Assembly (NCBI GenBank): GCA_009758405.1
Contig: WSBC01000032.1
Coordinates: forward strand, 3,136 to 67,135
Direction of reading: 5' to 3'
Source of the DNA: Methanobacteriota archaeon
Lineage (GTDB): Archaea; Thermoplasmatota; Thermoplasmata; Thermoplasmatales; ARK-15
DNA length: 64,000 nucleotides
Program-made: the position numbers and the translations under genes
In this document: positions 1 to 10,025 of the stretch, one piece after another
Numbering within the stretch: the first letter of the stretch is position 1
How the letters are laid out: every line of letters begins with the position of its first letter
Notes under the pieces: model-generated
The model's database searches: none
The model's input: the letters and a program-made list of their open reading frames with translations, nothing else
What the model was told of the DNA's origin: nothing

Positions 1-605
1 ATGCCCTAAATGGGCTGGAGGGAGAGAAGAGGGTAGAGGTTTTAAGAAAGATTGCCGAATGTTATTTCTATAGGGATAATCCAGATATTAATAACTCACT
101 AAGGTATATAGAAGAGGCAATAAAGAATGGAAATAACTTTAAGGACAGGATATTACATTTTATGATACTTTCTGAAAAGGATCCACAGGCCGCTTTAGCA
201 GAGGCTAAACAACTTTTAGATGAGGCAGAAAAGAATAAAATGGATGAAGTTTTGCCAGAGCTTTACAATAATATCGGGCTCTTATTATGGGGTGATGAAT
301 CCGAATCCTATTTTAAAAAGGCGCTTGAAACTTCAAAGAAGATGAATGATCTTGAAAACTATGTTCTCTCATTACAAAATCTATCATATCTGGAAAAGGA
401 GAAGGGCAACAATGGAAGAGCGATGGAATATCTTGAAGAGGCTATGAATGCAGTTGAAGAGGTAATGAAAAAATTACCAAAATCTAAGAAAAAGGAGTTC
501 ATATCATCATATTCCGATCTTTATGACCAGGCAGTTTCACTGGCAATGGATATGGAGGATTATGATCTGGCAATGAAAATTGCAAACAGGGGAAGGGTTA
601 CATAA
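1..605 (+). CDS. TPR-like helical-repeat protein, 5'-partial (frame open to the left edge)
   Basis: Frame 3 is open from nt 3 to the stop at 603-605. The listed ORF 162..605 shows repeated ~34-aa helical units (LPELYNNIGLLL..., YVLSLQNLSYLEKEKGNNGRAMEYLEEA) typical of TPR proteins. Confidence 0.5.
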   Translation, partial: ALNGLEGEKRVEVLRKIAECYFYRDNPDINNSLRYIEEAIKNGNNFKDRILHFMILSEKDPQAALAEAKQLLDEAEKNKMDEVLPELYNNIGLLLWGDESESYFKKALETSKKMNDLENYVLSLQNLSYLEKEKGNNGRAMEYLEEAMNAVEEVMKKLPKSKKKEFISSYSDLYDQAVSLAMDMEDYDLAMKIANRGRVT

Positions 606-1305
606 TTCCTAGGTTCTCCTTAATAATTATCAATAATCTCTCTATAACATAATTGTTAATCTTTTCACCAAGATCCTTAGACGATCCTTCAGGGTTACTA
701 AATGTACCCTCTGGGTATACTGTTGAATAATTGTCTATCACAAGAAAACTTCCCTTCTCACCCTTCTTAAACCTAAAATTTCCCTTTACAAGATCAGGCC
801 TTATTGCCATCATCCTGGAGGTTTCTATTATGCCCGCATGGGAATCCTCGTAGGGTACAAGTTTACCCCTCAATTCATAGGCAATATCATAATCTGATAG
901 AAGAATAATCTTCACAAAATAATCCCTTACAGTTTCATTTGCAGCCCTTTTGATAGCAGCCATATGAATTCCACTTGCATGTCCAGAAATTATGAGTATT
1001 TTTTTAACACCATTTTTTATCAATCCCCTAAGAATATCCCTTACAAGTAAATAGAGGGCATCGAACCCTATGGACACAGTCCCCCTAAAATCATCCAGTT
1101 CTGTAAATCCATAGTATATTGGTGGTAAAACTAGCGCATTAATCCTTTTTGAAATTTCCTGGGCCACATAAATTGCCTGATATGAATCAGATCCAAGAGG
1201 CAGGTGATTTCCATGCTCCTCAACAGATCCTATTGGAAGGATAACAAGAGGTTCCTCTTTCAAAATTTTTTCAATTTCCCTAAATGTCAACTCGTTCCAA
1301 TCCAT
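598..1305 (-). CDS. Creatininase-family amidohydrolase (archaeal ArfB-like)
   Basis: 235 aa. N-terminal LVILPIGSVEEHGNHLPLGSDS metal-binding motif and overall length are typical of the creatininase family. Confidence 0.75.
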   Translation of the reverse strand: MDWNELTFREIEKILKEEPLVILPIGSVEEHGNHLPLGSDSYQAIYVAQEISKRINALVLPPIYYGFTELDDFRGTVSIGFDALYLLVRDILRGLIKNGVKKILIISGHASGIHMAAIKRAANETVRDYFVKIILLSDYDIAYELRGKLVPYEDSHAGIIETSRMMAIRPDLVKGNFRFKKGEKGSFLVIDNYSTVYPEGTFSNPEGSSKDLGEKINNYVIERLLIIIKENLGIM

Positions 1306-1377
1306 GTATATTTGATAAGAAATAAAGTAGAAAATTTTTGTGGAAGATTTTTAATACTGATTGTAAATACTAGATTT

Positions 1378-2667
1378 ATGACAAATAAGGATGATGCAAT
1401 CAGGATTAGGGAACTTGCAAAGCAGCATAATATACTTTTTGGTGAATCCATACCCCTAATAGCAAGTGAAAATGTTCTTTCACCCCTTGCTAAAGAGCTA
1501 CTGCTTAGCGATCTTGGCTCTAGATATGCGGAAGGTTTACCAGGTAAAAGATATTATCAAGGAAACTTTTATGTGGATCAGATTGAAATACTAACAACAG
1601 AACTTGCAAAAAAACTTTTCAGGACAGATTATGTTGATGTAAGGCCTATTTCTGGAACAAATGCCAATCAAGCAGTTGTATTTGCACTTTCTCACCCAGG
1701 TGATATAATTACTACAGTACCACTTGCAAGTGGTGCACATATTTCAAGTGCAAAATTCGGGACGGTAGGTTTTAGAGGTTTAAACCCCGTAAATTATCCA
1801 TTTGATGTTGAAACAATGAATATTGATGTAGATCTTGCCTCAAAGCTAATAAGGCTTATAAAACCAAAGATCGCACTTTTTGGACAATCTGTCTTTCTCT
1901 TTCCAACACCATTGAGGGAGTTATCAGATGCTCTACAGGAGGCGGATTCATATGTCTGGTATGATGGTGCTCATGTACTTGGCCTTATTGCAGGCAAAAG
2001 ATTCCAGGACCCCCTTAGAGAGGGTGCCCATGTAATAAGTGGAAGTACACACAAAACATTGCCAGGTCCTCAGAGGGGTATTATACTTGGTAACCCTAAG
2101 GATGAGGAGATGTGGGAAAAGATACAGAGAGCTGTCTTCCCCGGTGTAATAAGCAACCATCATCTCAATACAATGGCCGCACTGGGTGTTACCCTTGCTG
2201 AACATCTTGAATTTGGTGAAAGCTATGCTGATCAGGTTATAAGAAATGCTAAGAGACTTGCGCAGGAATTACATACTTTAGGTTTCAAGGTTCTTGGGGA
2301 GAAGGTAGGTTTCACAGAAAGTCATACTATTTTAGTGGATGTAAAGGATCAGGGAGGCGGAAGAAAGGTTGCTGAGGACTTAGAAAAGGCTAACATTATA
2401 CTAAATATGAACCTCCTACCCTATGATGACCAGAGTAAACCAAGGAACCCTAGTGGAATCAGGATAGGAACACAGGAGGTAACAAGAATAGGAATGAAGG
2501 AGTCAGAGATGGTAGAAATTGCAGGATTGATTAAAGAAGTGGCAATGGACAAAAAGGATCCAGTAAAGGTAAAGGAAAAGGTCAAGGAATTGAAAAGGCA
2601 ATTTATGGGTGTTAAATATTGTTTCCACGAAAATTTTGATCCATACAGGTACATTGAACTTGTATAA
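1378..2667 (+). CDS. glyA: Serine hydroxymethyltransferase
   Basis: IPLIASENVLSP, YAEGLPGKRYYQG and GSTHKTLPGPQRG (PLP-lysine region) motifs. Start moved to ATG 1378 (MTNKDD...) because the listed 1204 start overlaps the divergent upstream gene. Confidence 0.95.
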   Translation: MTNKDDAIRIRELAKQHNILFGESIPLIASENVLSPLAKELLLSDLGSRYAEGLPGKRYYQGNFYVDQIEILTTELAKKLFRTDYVDVRPISGTNANQAVVFALSHPGDIITTVPLASGAHISSAKFGTVGFRGLNPVNYPFDVETMNIDVDLASKLIRLIKPKIALFGQSVFLFPTPLRELSDALQEADSYVWYDGAHVLGLIAGKRFQDPLREGAHVISGSTHKTLPGPQRGIILGNPKDEEMWEKIQRAVFPGVISNHHLNTMAALGVTLAEHLEFGESYADQVIRNAKRLAQELHTLGFKVLGEKVGFTESHTILVDVKDQGGGRKVAEDLEKANIILNMNLLPYDDQSKPRNPSGIRIGTQEVTRIGMKESEMVEIAGLIKEVAMDKKDPVKVKEKVKELKRQFMGVKYCFHENFDPYRYIELV

Positions 2668-2745
2668 GATTATTCTCTTATTTTTATATTTTTAATATTT
2701 TACTAAATATCTTTAAACACTAAAATTTTTATAATTGAAATAATT

Positions 2746-4443
2746 GTGCCTCGTATGCAGTATAAGTATACAGTTCTCACAAATACAATGTTAGGTGCCC
2801 TAATGGCATCAATTAATATGAACATAGTGATGGTAACATTACCAACTATATTTAGAGGTCTAGGTATAGATCCATTTGCAGCTGGAGAATTTACATACCT
2901 CTTATGGATTTTAATGGGATATTCTATTGTTCTCGCTACAATCCTTGTTACCTTTGGAAGAATAAGTGATATGTTTGGTAGGGTAAGAATGTACACCTTG
3001 GGTTTTATAATATTCACCATTGCATCCATACTTCTATCGATAGTTCCAGGTAATTCTGGAAATATGGGGGCGCTTATTTTAATAATTTTTAGAATGGTGC
3101 AGGCCGTTGGTGGAGGATTTTTGATGGTTAATAGCACAGCCCTTATAACTGATGCATTTCCTGTTAATGAAAGGGGAAAGGCACTGGGGATTAATCAAAT
3201 TGCATTTATTGTTGGATCATTGCTAGGTCTGATCCTGGGTGGTATTCTTGCAGGTTATGATTGGCATCTTGTTTTTATTGTGAATATTCCATTTGCACTT
3301 GCAGGTACATTTTGGTCAATCTTCAAGCTTAAGGAAAAAGCTGAAACACAAAAGGTACCAATGGATATATGGGGCAATGTTTCACTTGCTCTTTCACTTA
3401 TACTTATTTCTCTAGGTTTCACATATGCACTTGAACCATATGGAAATTCGCAGATGGGATGGAGTAATCCTTGGGTTATTGCATCATTTATTTTTGGATC
3501 GATATCTCTCATCATTTTCATATTTATTGAAAGGAGGGTAAAATATCCACTCTTCAATCTTTCACTTTTCAAAATTAGACCTTTTGCATTCGGTAATATT
3601 AGTTTATTTCTTTCTGGACTTGGAAGGGGTGCTGTAATGTTCCTTGTTATAATTTGGCTACAGGGTATATATTTGCCATTACATGGATATTCATATACAG
3701 AGACACCATTTTGGGCAGGCATTTATATGCTTCCAATGATGTTGGGTATGGTTATTTTTGGACCAATAGGAGGTGCACTTACAGATAAATATGGGGCAAG
3801 AATATTTGCCACAACAGGTATGGGTATAATAGCAATAAGTCTTTTTTTACTCACATTACTTCCATACAATTTCAATCTACTAGAATTTGAAATAATAATA
3901 TTTATTAACGGAGTGGGCGGTGGACTATTCGCCTCGCCTAACACCACAGCGATAATGAATGCTGTATCCTCTAGGGATAGGGCCTCTGCTAATGGTATGA
4001 GGATGACAATAAACAATATATCATCCACAATAAGCATGGCAATTTTCTTTTCAATAGCGATTACAATATTTTCAAATGATTTGCCATCAGCAATGGCTAC
4101 AAAATTAGCCTCACTAAATGCACCACCTCAGCTTATTTCAATGCTTTCTCAGATACCTGCCTCCGGAATACTTTTTGGTGCATTTCTAGGTATGAATCCA
4201 CTTTCTGGTCTACCAGCAACAGTTGTAAATTCTCTACCAATCTCATTGAGGGAGGCTCTTCAGTCTAGCACATTCCTGCCAAATGTGATCGGTCCATCAT
4301 TTATGAAGGGTCTTACATATTCAATCTATATAGCCTTGATATTAACAGTTGCAGGCTTAATATTCTCTGCCTTAATGGGTGGAAGGTATGTGCATGAAGA
4401 ACACTATATTTCAAAGGAGATGAAAGAAAATGAGAACAAATGA
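2746..4443 (+). CDS. MFS transporter, DHA2/EmrB-like (about 14 TM)
   Basis: 565 aa and highly hydrophobic. Contains the MFS motif GRISDMFGRVRMY and a second-half repeat (GALTDKYGAR). GTG start. Confidence 0.85.
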   Translation: MPRMQYKYTVLTNTMLGALMASINMNIVMVTLPTIFRGLGIDPFAAGEFTYLLWILMGYSIVLATILVTFGRISDMFGRVRMYTLGFIIFTIASILLSIVPGNSGNMGALILIIFRMVQAVGGGFLMVNSTALITDAFPVNERGKALGINQIAFIVGSLLGLILGGILAGYDWHLVFIVNIPFALAGTFWSIFKLKEKAETQKVPMDIWGNVSLALSLILISLGFTYALEPYGNSQMGWSNPWVIASFIFGSISLIIFIFIERRVKYPLFNLSLFKIRPFAFGNISLFLSGLGRGAVMFLVIIWLQGIYLPLHGYSYTETPFWAGIYMLPMMLGMVIFGPIGGALTDKYGARIFATTGMGIIAISLFLLTLLPYNFNLLEFEIIIFINGVGGGLFASPNTTAIMNAVSSRDRASANGMRMTINNISSTISMAIFFSIAITIFSNDLPSAMATKLASLNAPPQLISMLSQIPASGILFGAFLGMNPLSGLPATVVNSLPISLREALQSSTFLPNVIGPSFMKGLTYSIYIALILTVAGLIFSALMGGRYVHEEHYISKEMKENENK

Positions 4444-4888
4444 AATTGTTGAAAAATTCCTTACATTAAAAAAGACAATGGGTGCAATCCTTAGAAAGGT
4501 AGAATTGGGTGAAGGTATAGGAATTACAGAAATGGCAATCCTAATAAAATTGGCGGATGAGAAAAATGTTACATTATCAAAACTCTCAGAAATAACAGGA
4601 TATTCAAATTCACTTATCACCTTTGCAGTTGATTCCCTTGAAAAGAAGGGACTTGTTAAAAGGATAAAGGGAATTGATAGGAGAATATTTTATGTGGAAT
4701 TGACTGATGAGGGTAGGGAAAAATGCATTGAAATGAGAAAAAAGATAAATGAGAAATTAATGGATCTTCTTTCATCACTTACCAATGATGAAATAAAAGA
4801 ACTTTTGGATTGTATGGAAAGAGTTATAGAAGAACTAAAAAGGGCTGAGTTAAAGTCCAAAAATAAACTTCAAGGTAAGGATTCCTGA
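4430..4888 (+). CDS. MarR-family transcriptional regulator
   Basis: 152 aa winged-helix pattern (ITEMAILIKLADEKNVTLSKLSEITGYSNSLITFAVDSLEKKGLVKRIK..DRR). Overlaps the MFS gene 3' end by 14 nt. Confidence 0.8.
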   Translation: MRTNEIVEKFLTLKKTMGAILRKVELGEGIGITEMAILIKLADEKNVTLSKLSEITGYSNSLITFAVDSLEKKGLVKRIKGIDRRIFYVELTDEGREKCIEMRKKINEKLMDLLSSLTNDEIKELLDCMERVIEELKRAELKSKNKLQGKDS

Positions 4889-5434
4889 AATAACAATAAG
4901 TAGCAGGTATATAGGTATATTCCATTTAATTACCTTTGATCCATCAAGTGGTGGTATTGGCCATAGATTAAAGAATGCCAGCCAAATGTTAATAGTCCCA
5001 ATAAATGTTAATATGTTTGAAAAAGGAATATTAAGAAATGAGATTGAAATGAAAAATATACCAAGGATGATATTATAAATAGGACCGCTGGCAGCTATTT
5101 TTCCATTTGTTTTATTATCCAGATATCCATAAATATTCGTTGCACCTGGTGCGGCAAAGACTATGTGAAAAAAGCTTGTTATAAAAGCTATCAATAACCC
5201 TAAATTCCATCTTCTAAACTCTGCAAAGTAATTGTATCTGAAGGCTGTAATTTTATGTGTCATCTCATGACCAACAAAGCCAGTAATTACTGCGAGAAGG
5301 GAAATAAAATACATGAAAATAAATGAAATAGGTGAAGTTTCTATACCAAAAAACGCTATCTCAAAGGCTAGGCTAAGAATTAAGGTGGCGATAATTATAT
5401 CCTCTATCTCAACCCTTCTAAATATTACCTTCAA
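4850..5434 (-). CDS. Peptidase M50 (site-2 protease) family membrane metalloprotease
   Basis: HExxH (GHEMTHK) in a TM helix plus NLWPIPPLDGSK (NxxPxxxLDG) motif. Multi-pass membrane protein. Confidence 0.75.
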   Translation of the reverse strand: MKVIFRRVEIEDIIIATLILSLAFEIAFFGIETSPISFIFMYFISLLAVITGFVGHEMTHKITAFRYNYFAEFRRWNLGLLIAFITSFFHIVFAAPGATNIYGYLDNKTNGKIAASGPIYNIILGIFFISISFLNIPFSNILTFIGTINIWLAFFNLWPIPPLDGSKVIKWNIPIYLLLIVISGILTLKFIFGL

Positions 5435-5436
5435 TC

Positions 5437-5787
5437 TTAATCACCTAAAATTAGCTTAGCGGCCTTTATTGGAACAACACATATTATATTCATTGTTTTT
5501 TCTGCCCTTATCCTATGAAATATGTTTGAAGGTATGAAAATGAAATCACCCTCCCTTAGCTTTAACTCTCTTTCACCTAACCTAACACTGCCCTCACCTT
5601 GCATTACAAAAATCTCATGTTCATAGTCGTGGGAGTGCGAAGGAGTTTCCTTTCCTTCAGGTATGTTTATTAGCCTCATTGAAAAATTTTGTGCACCGTT
5701 CTTATGTGTAATCAACCACCTTATTTTAGCTCCACCATCCATCTCCATCTCTTCCACTTCATTATAATGCTTAACAAAACCATCCAT
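5437..5787 (-). CDS. Cupin-domain protein
   Basis: 116 aa. Cupin motifs G(X)5HxH-like (ETPSHSHDYEHEIFVMQGEG) and GDFIFIPSNIFHRI. Confidence 0.7.
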   Translation of the reverse strand: MDGFVKHYNEVEEMEMDGGAKIRWLITHKNGAQNFSMRLINIPEGKETPSHSHDYEHEIFVMQGEGSVRLGERELKLREGDFIFIPSNIFHRIRAEKTMNIICVVPIKAAKLILGD

Positions 5788-5810
5788 AGTGTGTAAAATG
5801 TAACTACATT

Positions 5811-6500
5811 TTAAATATTTTCCCTTATTTTTTTAATTTTAAATAAAAGTTTTTTAGGAAACATATCTATTGATTCGATCTTATTAATAATCTCCTCACT
5901 AGAATATTTGTTAGATGCAATAATTACCATATTGTTTTCAAGTGCAGTGGGACCTATTCCATAAACCTTAAAATATTTTCTCAATATCTTTAGGAAATTT
6001 TTTAATTTTGTTCTCCCGACAATTGTTAATGCGTAATTTATTAAAAATAGGCCATTATCATTTAGTATTCTTTTAACTTGAAAAATAAAATCATCAGTAA
6101 GGAATTGATCGGGTATAAAATAATCATCATACGCATCTAAAATTATTACATCATACCTATTTTTACAATTTTTTACAAAATCATTTCCATCCATAATATA
6201 TATTTTTTCATTTTTTACATCTATGAACCTAGAAGACATTTCAATAGATTTTTTATTAATATCCACAGCTTCTATATTTACATTTTTAAAGAGTGCCCTT
6301 GCCTGGAATATTGTGGTACCTCCACCCAGACCAATTATTAATACCCTTCCCTCTTTATAAATTGATATAAATGGAAGGAAAATATCCCAGTATGAATTTG
6401 TAAAAATTTTTTTGGTGTTTATTATTGAAAATACCTTTCCATTATATTTCAAATAATACTTACCCAGAAATTTTTTCCATTCCCAGGATCCTTCCTTCAT
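5811..6500 (-). CDS. Spermidine-synthase-like class I SAM/dcSAM-dependent transferase
   Basis: Rossmann motif VLIIGLGGGT, acidic loop EAVDIN, DVIILDAYD. Architecture resembles the spermine/spermidine synthase family. Confidence 0.6.
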   Translation of the reverse strand: MKEGSWEWKKFLGKYYLKYNGKVFSIINTKKIFTNSYWDIFLPFISIYKEGRVLIIGLGGGTTIFQARALFKNVNIEAVDINKKSIEMSSRFIDVKNEKIYIMDGNDFVKNCKNRYDVIILDAYDDYFIPDQFLTDDFIFQVKRILNDNGLFLINYALTIVGRTKLKNFLKILRKYFKVYGIGPTALENNMVIIASNKYSSEEIINKIESIDMFPKKLLFKIKKIRENI

Positions 6501-6542
6501 TGTAATAAAAATGTATTATTCCAATAAATATTTAACTAGGAT

Positions 6543-7769
6543 GTGATTCTCCATACAATGGACCTTATAGGCCTCTCAATATTCCTTCTCACCTATGCAT
6601 TAATCTCCATAAGAAGAAAAAAGGGATACAGGATAACTAGGCCCACTGCGGCACTTTTAGGAGCATCATTAATGATGATATTTGGTGTTATAACAATAGA
6701 TGAGGCAATATCAGCCATAGACCTGAATATAATATTTCTTTTAATAGGAATGATGTCAATAGTATCAATATTTCAGTTCACAGGCTTTTTTGAATGGATA
6801 ATCTCAAGGATAGTTAAATTTAGCAAAACATCAGGAAGGCTATTTATTCTAATTTCAATATCAACAGCATTTTTTTCTGCATTGTTTGTTAATGATGCTG
6901 TAGTTCTTTTCTTTACCCCTATAATACTTGCAATAAGCAGGGATAATGAAATAAATCCCGAGCCATTCCTTCTTTCAGAAATATTTTCTGCCAATATAGG
7001 TAGTGTTGCAACTGAGATAGGCAATCCACAAAATGCATATATTGCAATAAAAAGCTCTATTCCTTTTTTTTATTACTTCATTGTAATGCTTCCGGTAGCT
7101 ATTATATCCCTTATTATCTCTATCCTAATTATTTATATTTTTTACAAGGATACCATGAATAAAAAACTTAAGTCTTATTCATTAGAAAAAGGAATTAAAA
7201 ATAAAAAATTATTTTATTCAGCAACAATCACATTGGTCCTTATTTTATTTTCTTTCATTTTTGAAAGAAATATAGCCATAGTCCCATTTATTGGTGCCTC
7301 AATACTTTTATTTGTTTCACCCTTTATTTCCGATGCTGATCCTAGAAAGATAATAAAAGAAATTGACTGGGGCATAATTCTATTTTTTGTGGGATTATTC
7401 ATAGTTCTAGAAGGCGTTCTTGTATCTGGGATACTTTCAGAAATGATCAATGTATTCAATTCATACGGTTTGAATCTCAATCACCCATTATGGTATGTAA
7501 CATTTGTAGCTGTTGTATCAAATCTTGTGAGCAATGTACCAGCCGTTATGCTAATATCACCAATAACTACTGGGAAATTCTGGCTTCTTCTTGCCATGTC
7601 ATCCACACTTGCAGGAAATGCTACAATTATAGGTGCAGCTGCAAATATCATAGTTTTAGAAATCTCATCAGTATGGGGTATAGAGATATCCTGGGGGAGA
7701 TTCTCTAAAGTAGGAATACCAGTTACAATAATAACAATATTATTAGGAACCTTGATTCTCGTCTTCTAA
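6543..7769 (+). CDS. ArsB/NhaD (CitMHS-like) superfamily anion permease
   Basis: 408 aa multi-pass membrane protein. ANIGSVATEIGNPQNAYI and LAGNATIIGAAANI repeats are typical of the ArsB/NhaD permease fold. Confidence 0.7.
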   Translation: MILHTMDLIGLSIFLLTYALISIRRKKGYRITRPTAALLGASLMMIFGVITIDEAISAIDLNIIFLLIGMMSIVSIFQFTGFFEWIISRIVKFSKTSGRLFILISISTAFFSALFVNDAVVLFFTPIILAISRDNEINPEPFLLSEIFSANIGSVATEIGNPQNAYIAIKSSIPFFYYFIVMLPVAIISLIISILIIYIFYKDTMNKKLKSYSLEKGIKNKKLFYSATITLVLILFSFIFERNIAIVPFIGASILLFVSPFISDADPRKIIKEIDWGIILFFVGLFIVLEGVLVSGILSEMINVFNSYGLNLNHPLWYVTFVAVVSNLVSNVPAVMLISPITTGKFWLLLAMSSTLAGNATIIGAAANIIVLEISSVWGIEISWGRFSKVGIPVTIITILLGTLILVF

Positions 7770-9119
7770 ACCTGGTATCTCCTTACCAAATTGCTTTTTA
7801 AGTAATCTCATCATCTTTCTATTTCCTTTCATATTTTTCATTGCCTTCACCATATTGTTAAATTCCTTTAACAATTCCCTTACATCCTCTGGCCTAGTGC
7901 CTGAACCCCTAGCGATCCTTTCTATTCTTGTTCCTTTAATTATTTCTGGATTTTCAAGCTCCTCATAGGTCATCGAGTCAAGAATTACCCTGTATTTTTT
8001 CAGTTTTTCTTCAGATTTTTCCATAAAGGAATCATCTATTTTTTCACTCCCAGGCAATGAGAATGTTGGTATTGAATTGAATATTTTTTGAAGAATACCA
8101 GGTCTCGAAATTTGTTCCCATATTTCATACATATCCTTTAGATTAAATTTGCCAGAGAGGAGTTTTTCTGCAGTTTTTTCTGCCTTCTCCTCATCTATTT
8201 CTAAATCTTTAGCTGTCTCAAGAAGTGTCTGTAAATCACCTAAACCAAGTAGTCTTGAAATGAACCTTTTTGGATCAAATATCTCAATATCATCTAGGTG
8301 TTCTCCCGTTCCTATGAATGCTATTGGTGCTCCTGTCTCGGCAACTGCACTTAATGCACCCCCACCCTTTGCAGTACCATCCATCTTTGTAAGAATTACA
8401 CCAGTAATGCCAACGGCATCATTAAAAGACTTTGCCTGCTTTCCTGCCATTTGTCCAATAGTTGAGTCAAGAACAAGGAATATTTCATCAGGTTGAATTA
8501 TCTCCTTAAGGACCTTTAGCTCATCTATCAGAGACTCCTCCAGATCATGTCTTCCTGAAGTATCAAATATCGCCACTTCATTGCCTTTGTGGATTTTAAG
8601 ATATTCTGAAACAATCTTTTTTGCATCATTTTCCCCCTTAATTGAAAAAACAGGAATATTGAGTTGCATACCTATTTGCTCAAGCTGTTCCATGGCTGCA
8701 GGCCTGTGAACATCACACGCAATTAAATTTACAGGCAAACCCTTTCTCATAAAAAATCTTGCAAGCTTACCTGCAGTTGTTGTTTTTCCATGGCCATAAA
8801 GGCCAACAAGCATAATCTTCTGTGGTTTTAACTTTATCTCCTTTCCTTTTCCCAATATTGAAACAAGCTCCTCATAAATTATCCTGATCATATAGTTTCT
8901 GGGGCTCATGCCCTCTGGTGGTTTTTCATTCATAGCCCTTTCCTGAACCTTTTTGCTTATTTTGAGTGCAAGCTGAACATTCACATCACTTTTCAACAGG
9001 GCCCTTTGAATGTCCCTAACTACATCTTCAACAATCTCCTTGTCTATATAGGATGCCTTTGTAATTTTCCTTATTGTTTCCCTTAGGGATTGCCCCAAGC
9101 CTTCAAGCATAATTTTCAA
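7743..9119 (-). CDS. srp54: Signal recognition particle protein SRP54
   Basis: N, G and M domains. GLYGHGKTTTAGKLA (G1), DTSGR, TKMDGTAKGGGALS, and a Met-rich C-terminus (MKNMKGNRKMMRLLKK). Confidence 0.95.
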   Translation of the reverse strand: MKIMLEGLGQSLRETIRKITKASYIDKEIVEDVVRDIQRALLKSDVNVQLALKISKKVQERAMNEKPPEGMSPRNYMIRIIYEELVSILGKGKEIKLKPQKIMLVGLYGHGKTTTAGKLARFFMRKGLPVNLIACDVHRPAAMEQLEQIGMQLNIPVFSIKGENDAKKIVSEYLKIHKGNEVAIFDTSGRHDLEESLIDELKVLKEIIQPDEIFLVLDSTIGQMAGKQAKSFNDAVGITGVILTKMDGTAKGGGALSAVAETGAPIAFIGTGEHLDDIEIFDPKRFISRLLGLGDLQTLLETAKDLEIDEEKAEKTAEKLLSGKFNLKDMYEIWEQISRPGILQKIFNSIPTFSLPGSEKIDDSFMEKSEEKLKKYRVILDSMTYEELENPEIIKGTRIERIARGSGTRPEDVRELLKEFNNMVKAMKNMKGNRKMMRLLKKQFGKEIPGLEDENQGS

Positions 9120-9134
9120 AAGGAGAATTATTAA

Positions 9135-9887
9135 TTAAATTTTTCTAAAAAATTTTTTGGCATTTTCATAGGATATTTTATTTAATATTATTTTATCAAC
9201 ACCTTTCGATCTTAAAAATTTTAGAGTTTTTGGGAGAGAAAGTGGATCGCTAGGTCCTAGGTTAATCAAATCACTGTTAAGCATTCCATCCTCAAATTCC
9301 TTAAGATTTTCATATATATTCTCAGGCCTTAGCCTTCCCTCCCTCACGGTTAATCCAATATGGTAATTTTTTTCCTTTACCATTTTTAGAATATCGATGT
9401 TTATATGATCTATAACTACTAGATCTTCAGAAATTCCAACCTTCTCAATTACCCTTATCTCTTTTTTTACTATTTCCTCCCTATTTATATAAGGGGTATG
9501 TACAACAACTGGTAAATCATATTTCTTTGCCATATTAACCATTTCTATGAAAACATCCTCCTCAAGAGGCCTTTCAGAATTTATTCCTACTTCTCCTATT
9601 CCAACAACGCCATCGTAGGAGAGATATTCCTCGATCTTTGGTAATCCATATTTCCAGTCTGGAGGTATATTTGATGGATGTATTCCAACCGCCACATAAA
9701 GTTCAATACCATTATTTTTTGCATTATTCTTGTAAATGTTTAGGAGATTATTTACCTCATCAAAAAGACCCTGTATGGTTGAGGGAGAACCAACCGTGCA
9801 AGATACTACCTTTTCCACACCCGACATTGCCATTAATTCCAAGTCGTTGTACCCAGCAAGCTGGATATGAGTATGTGAATCAATCAT
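9135..9887 (-). CDS. TatD-family metal-dependent hydrolase
   Basis: Starts MIDSHTHI. Contains the GIGEVG motif and VVVHTP. Length of 250 aa is typical. Confidence 0.8.
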   Translation of the reverse strand: MIDSHTHIQLAGYNDLELMAMSGVEKVVSCTVGSPSTIQGLFDEVNNLLNIYKNNAKNNGIELYVAVGIHPSNIPPDWKYGLPKIEEYLSYDGVVGIGEVGINSERPLEEDVFIEMVNMAKKYDLPVVVHTPYINREEIVKKEIRVIEKVGISEDLVVIDHINIDILKMVKEKNYHIGLTVREGRLRPENIYENLKEFEDGMLNSDLINLGPSDPLSLPKTLKFLRSKGVDKIILNKISYENAKKFFRKI

Positions 9888-10025
9888 AATGAGTCATTTC
9901 ATTACATATTGATAAATCTTCCCTTTAACATTAAAATATAATGGGAATAAAAAATCATCAAATTGATTAGGGACCGAAATTCATAAAGAAAAATTTATTT
10001 TCTATACACCATCAAGGTCTTTGTT

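Noticed and set aside
1204-1377. The 58-aa N-terminal extension of the SHMT ORF listed from 1204.
   Set aside because: It overlaps the divergent creatininase-family gene and has no SHMT homology. Homology begins right after ATG 1378.
7490-7708. A 72-aa Cys-rich ORF that looks superficially like a zinc-finger or ferredoxin.
   Set aside because: It lies in an alternative frame entirely inside the ArsB/NhaD permease gene. There is no Shine-Dalgarno, and the Cys spacing does not match Fe-S or zinc motifs.
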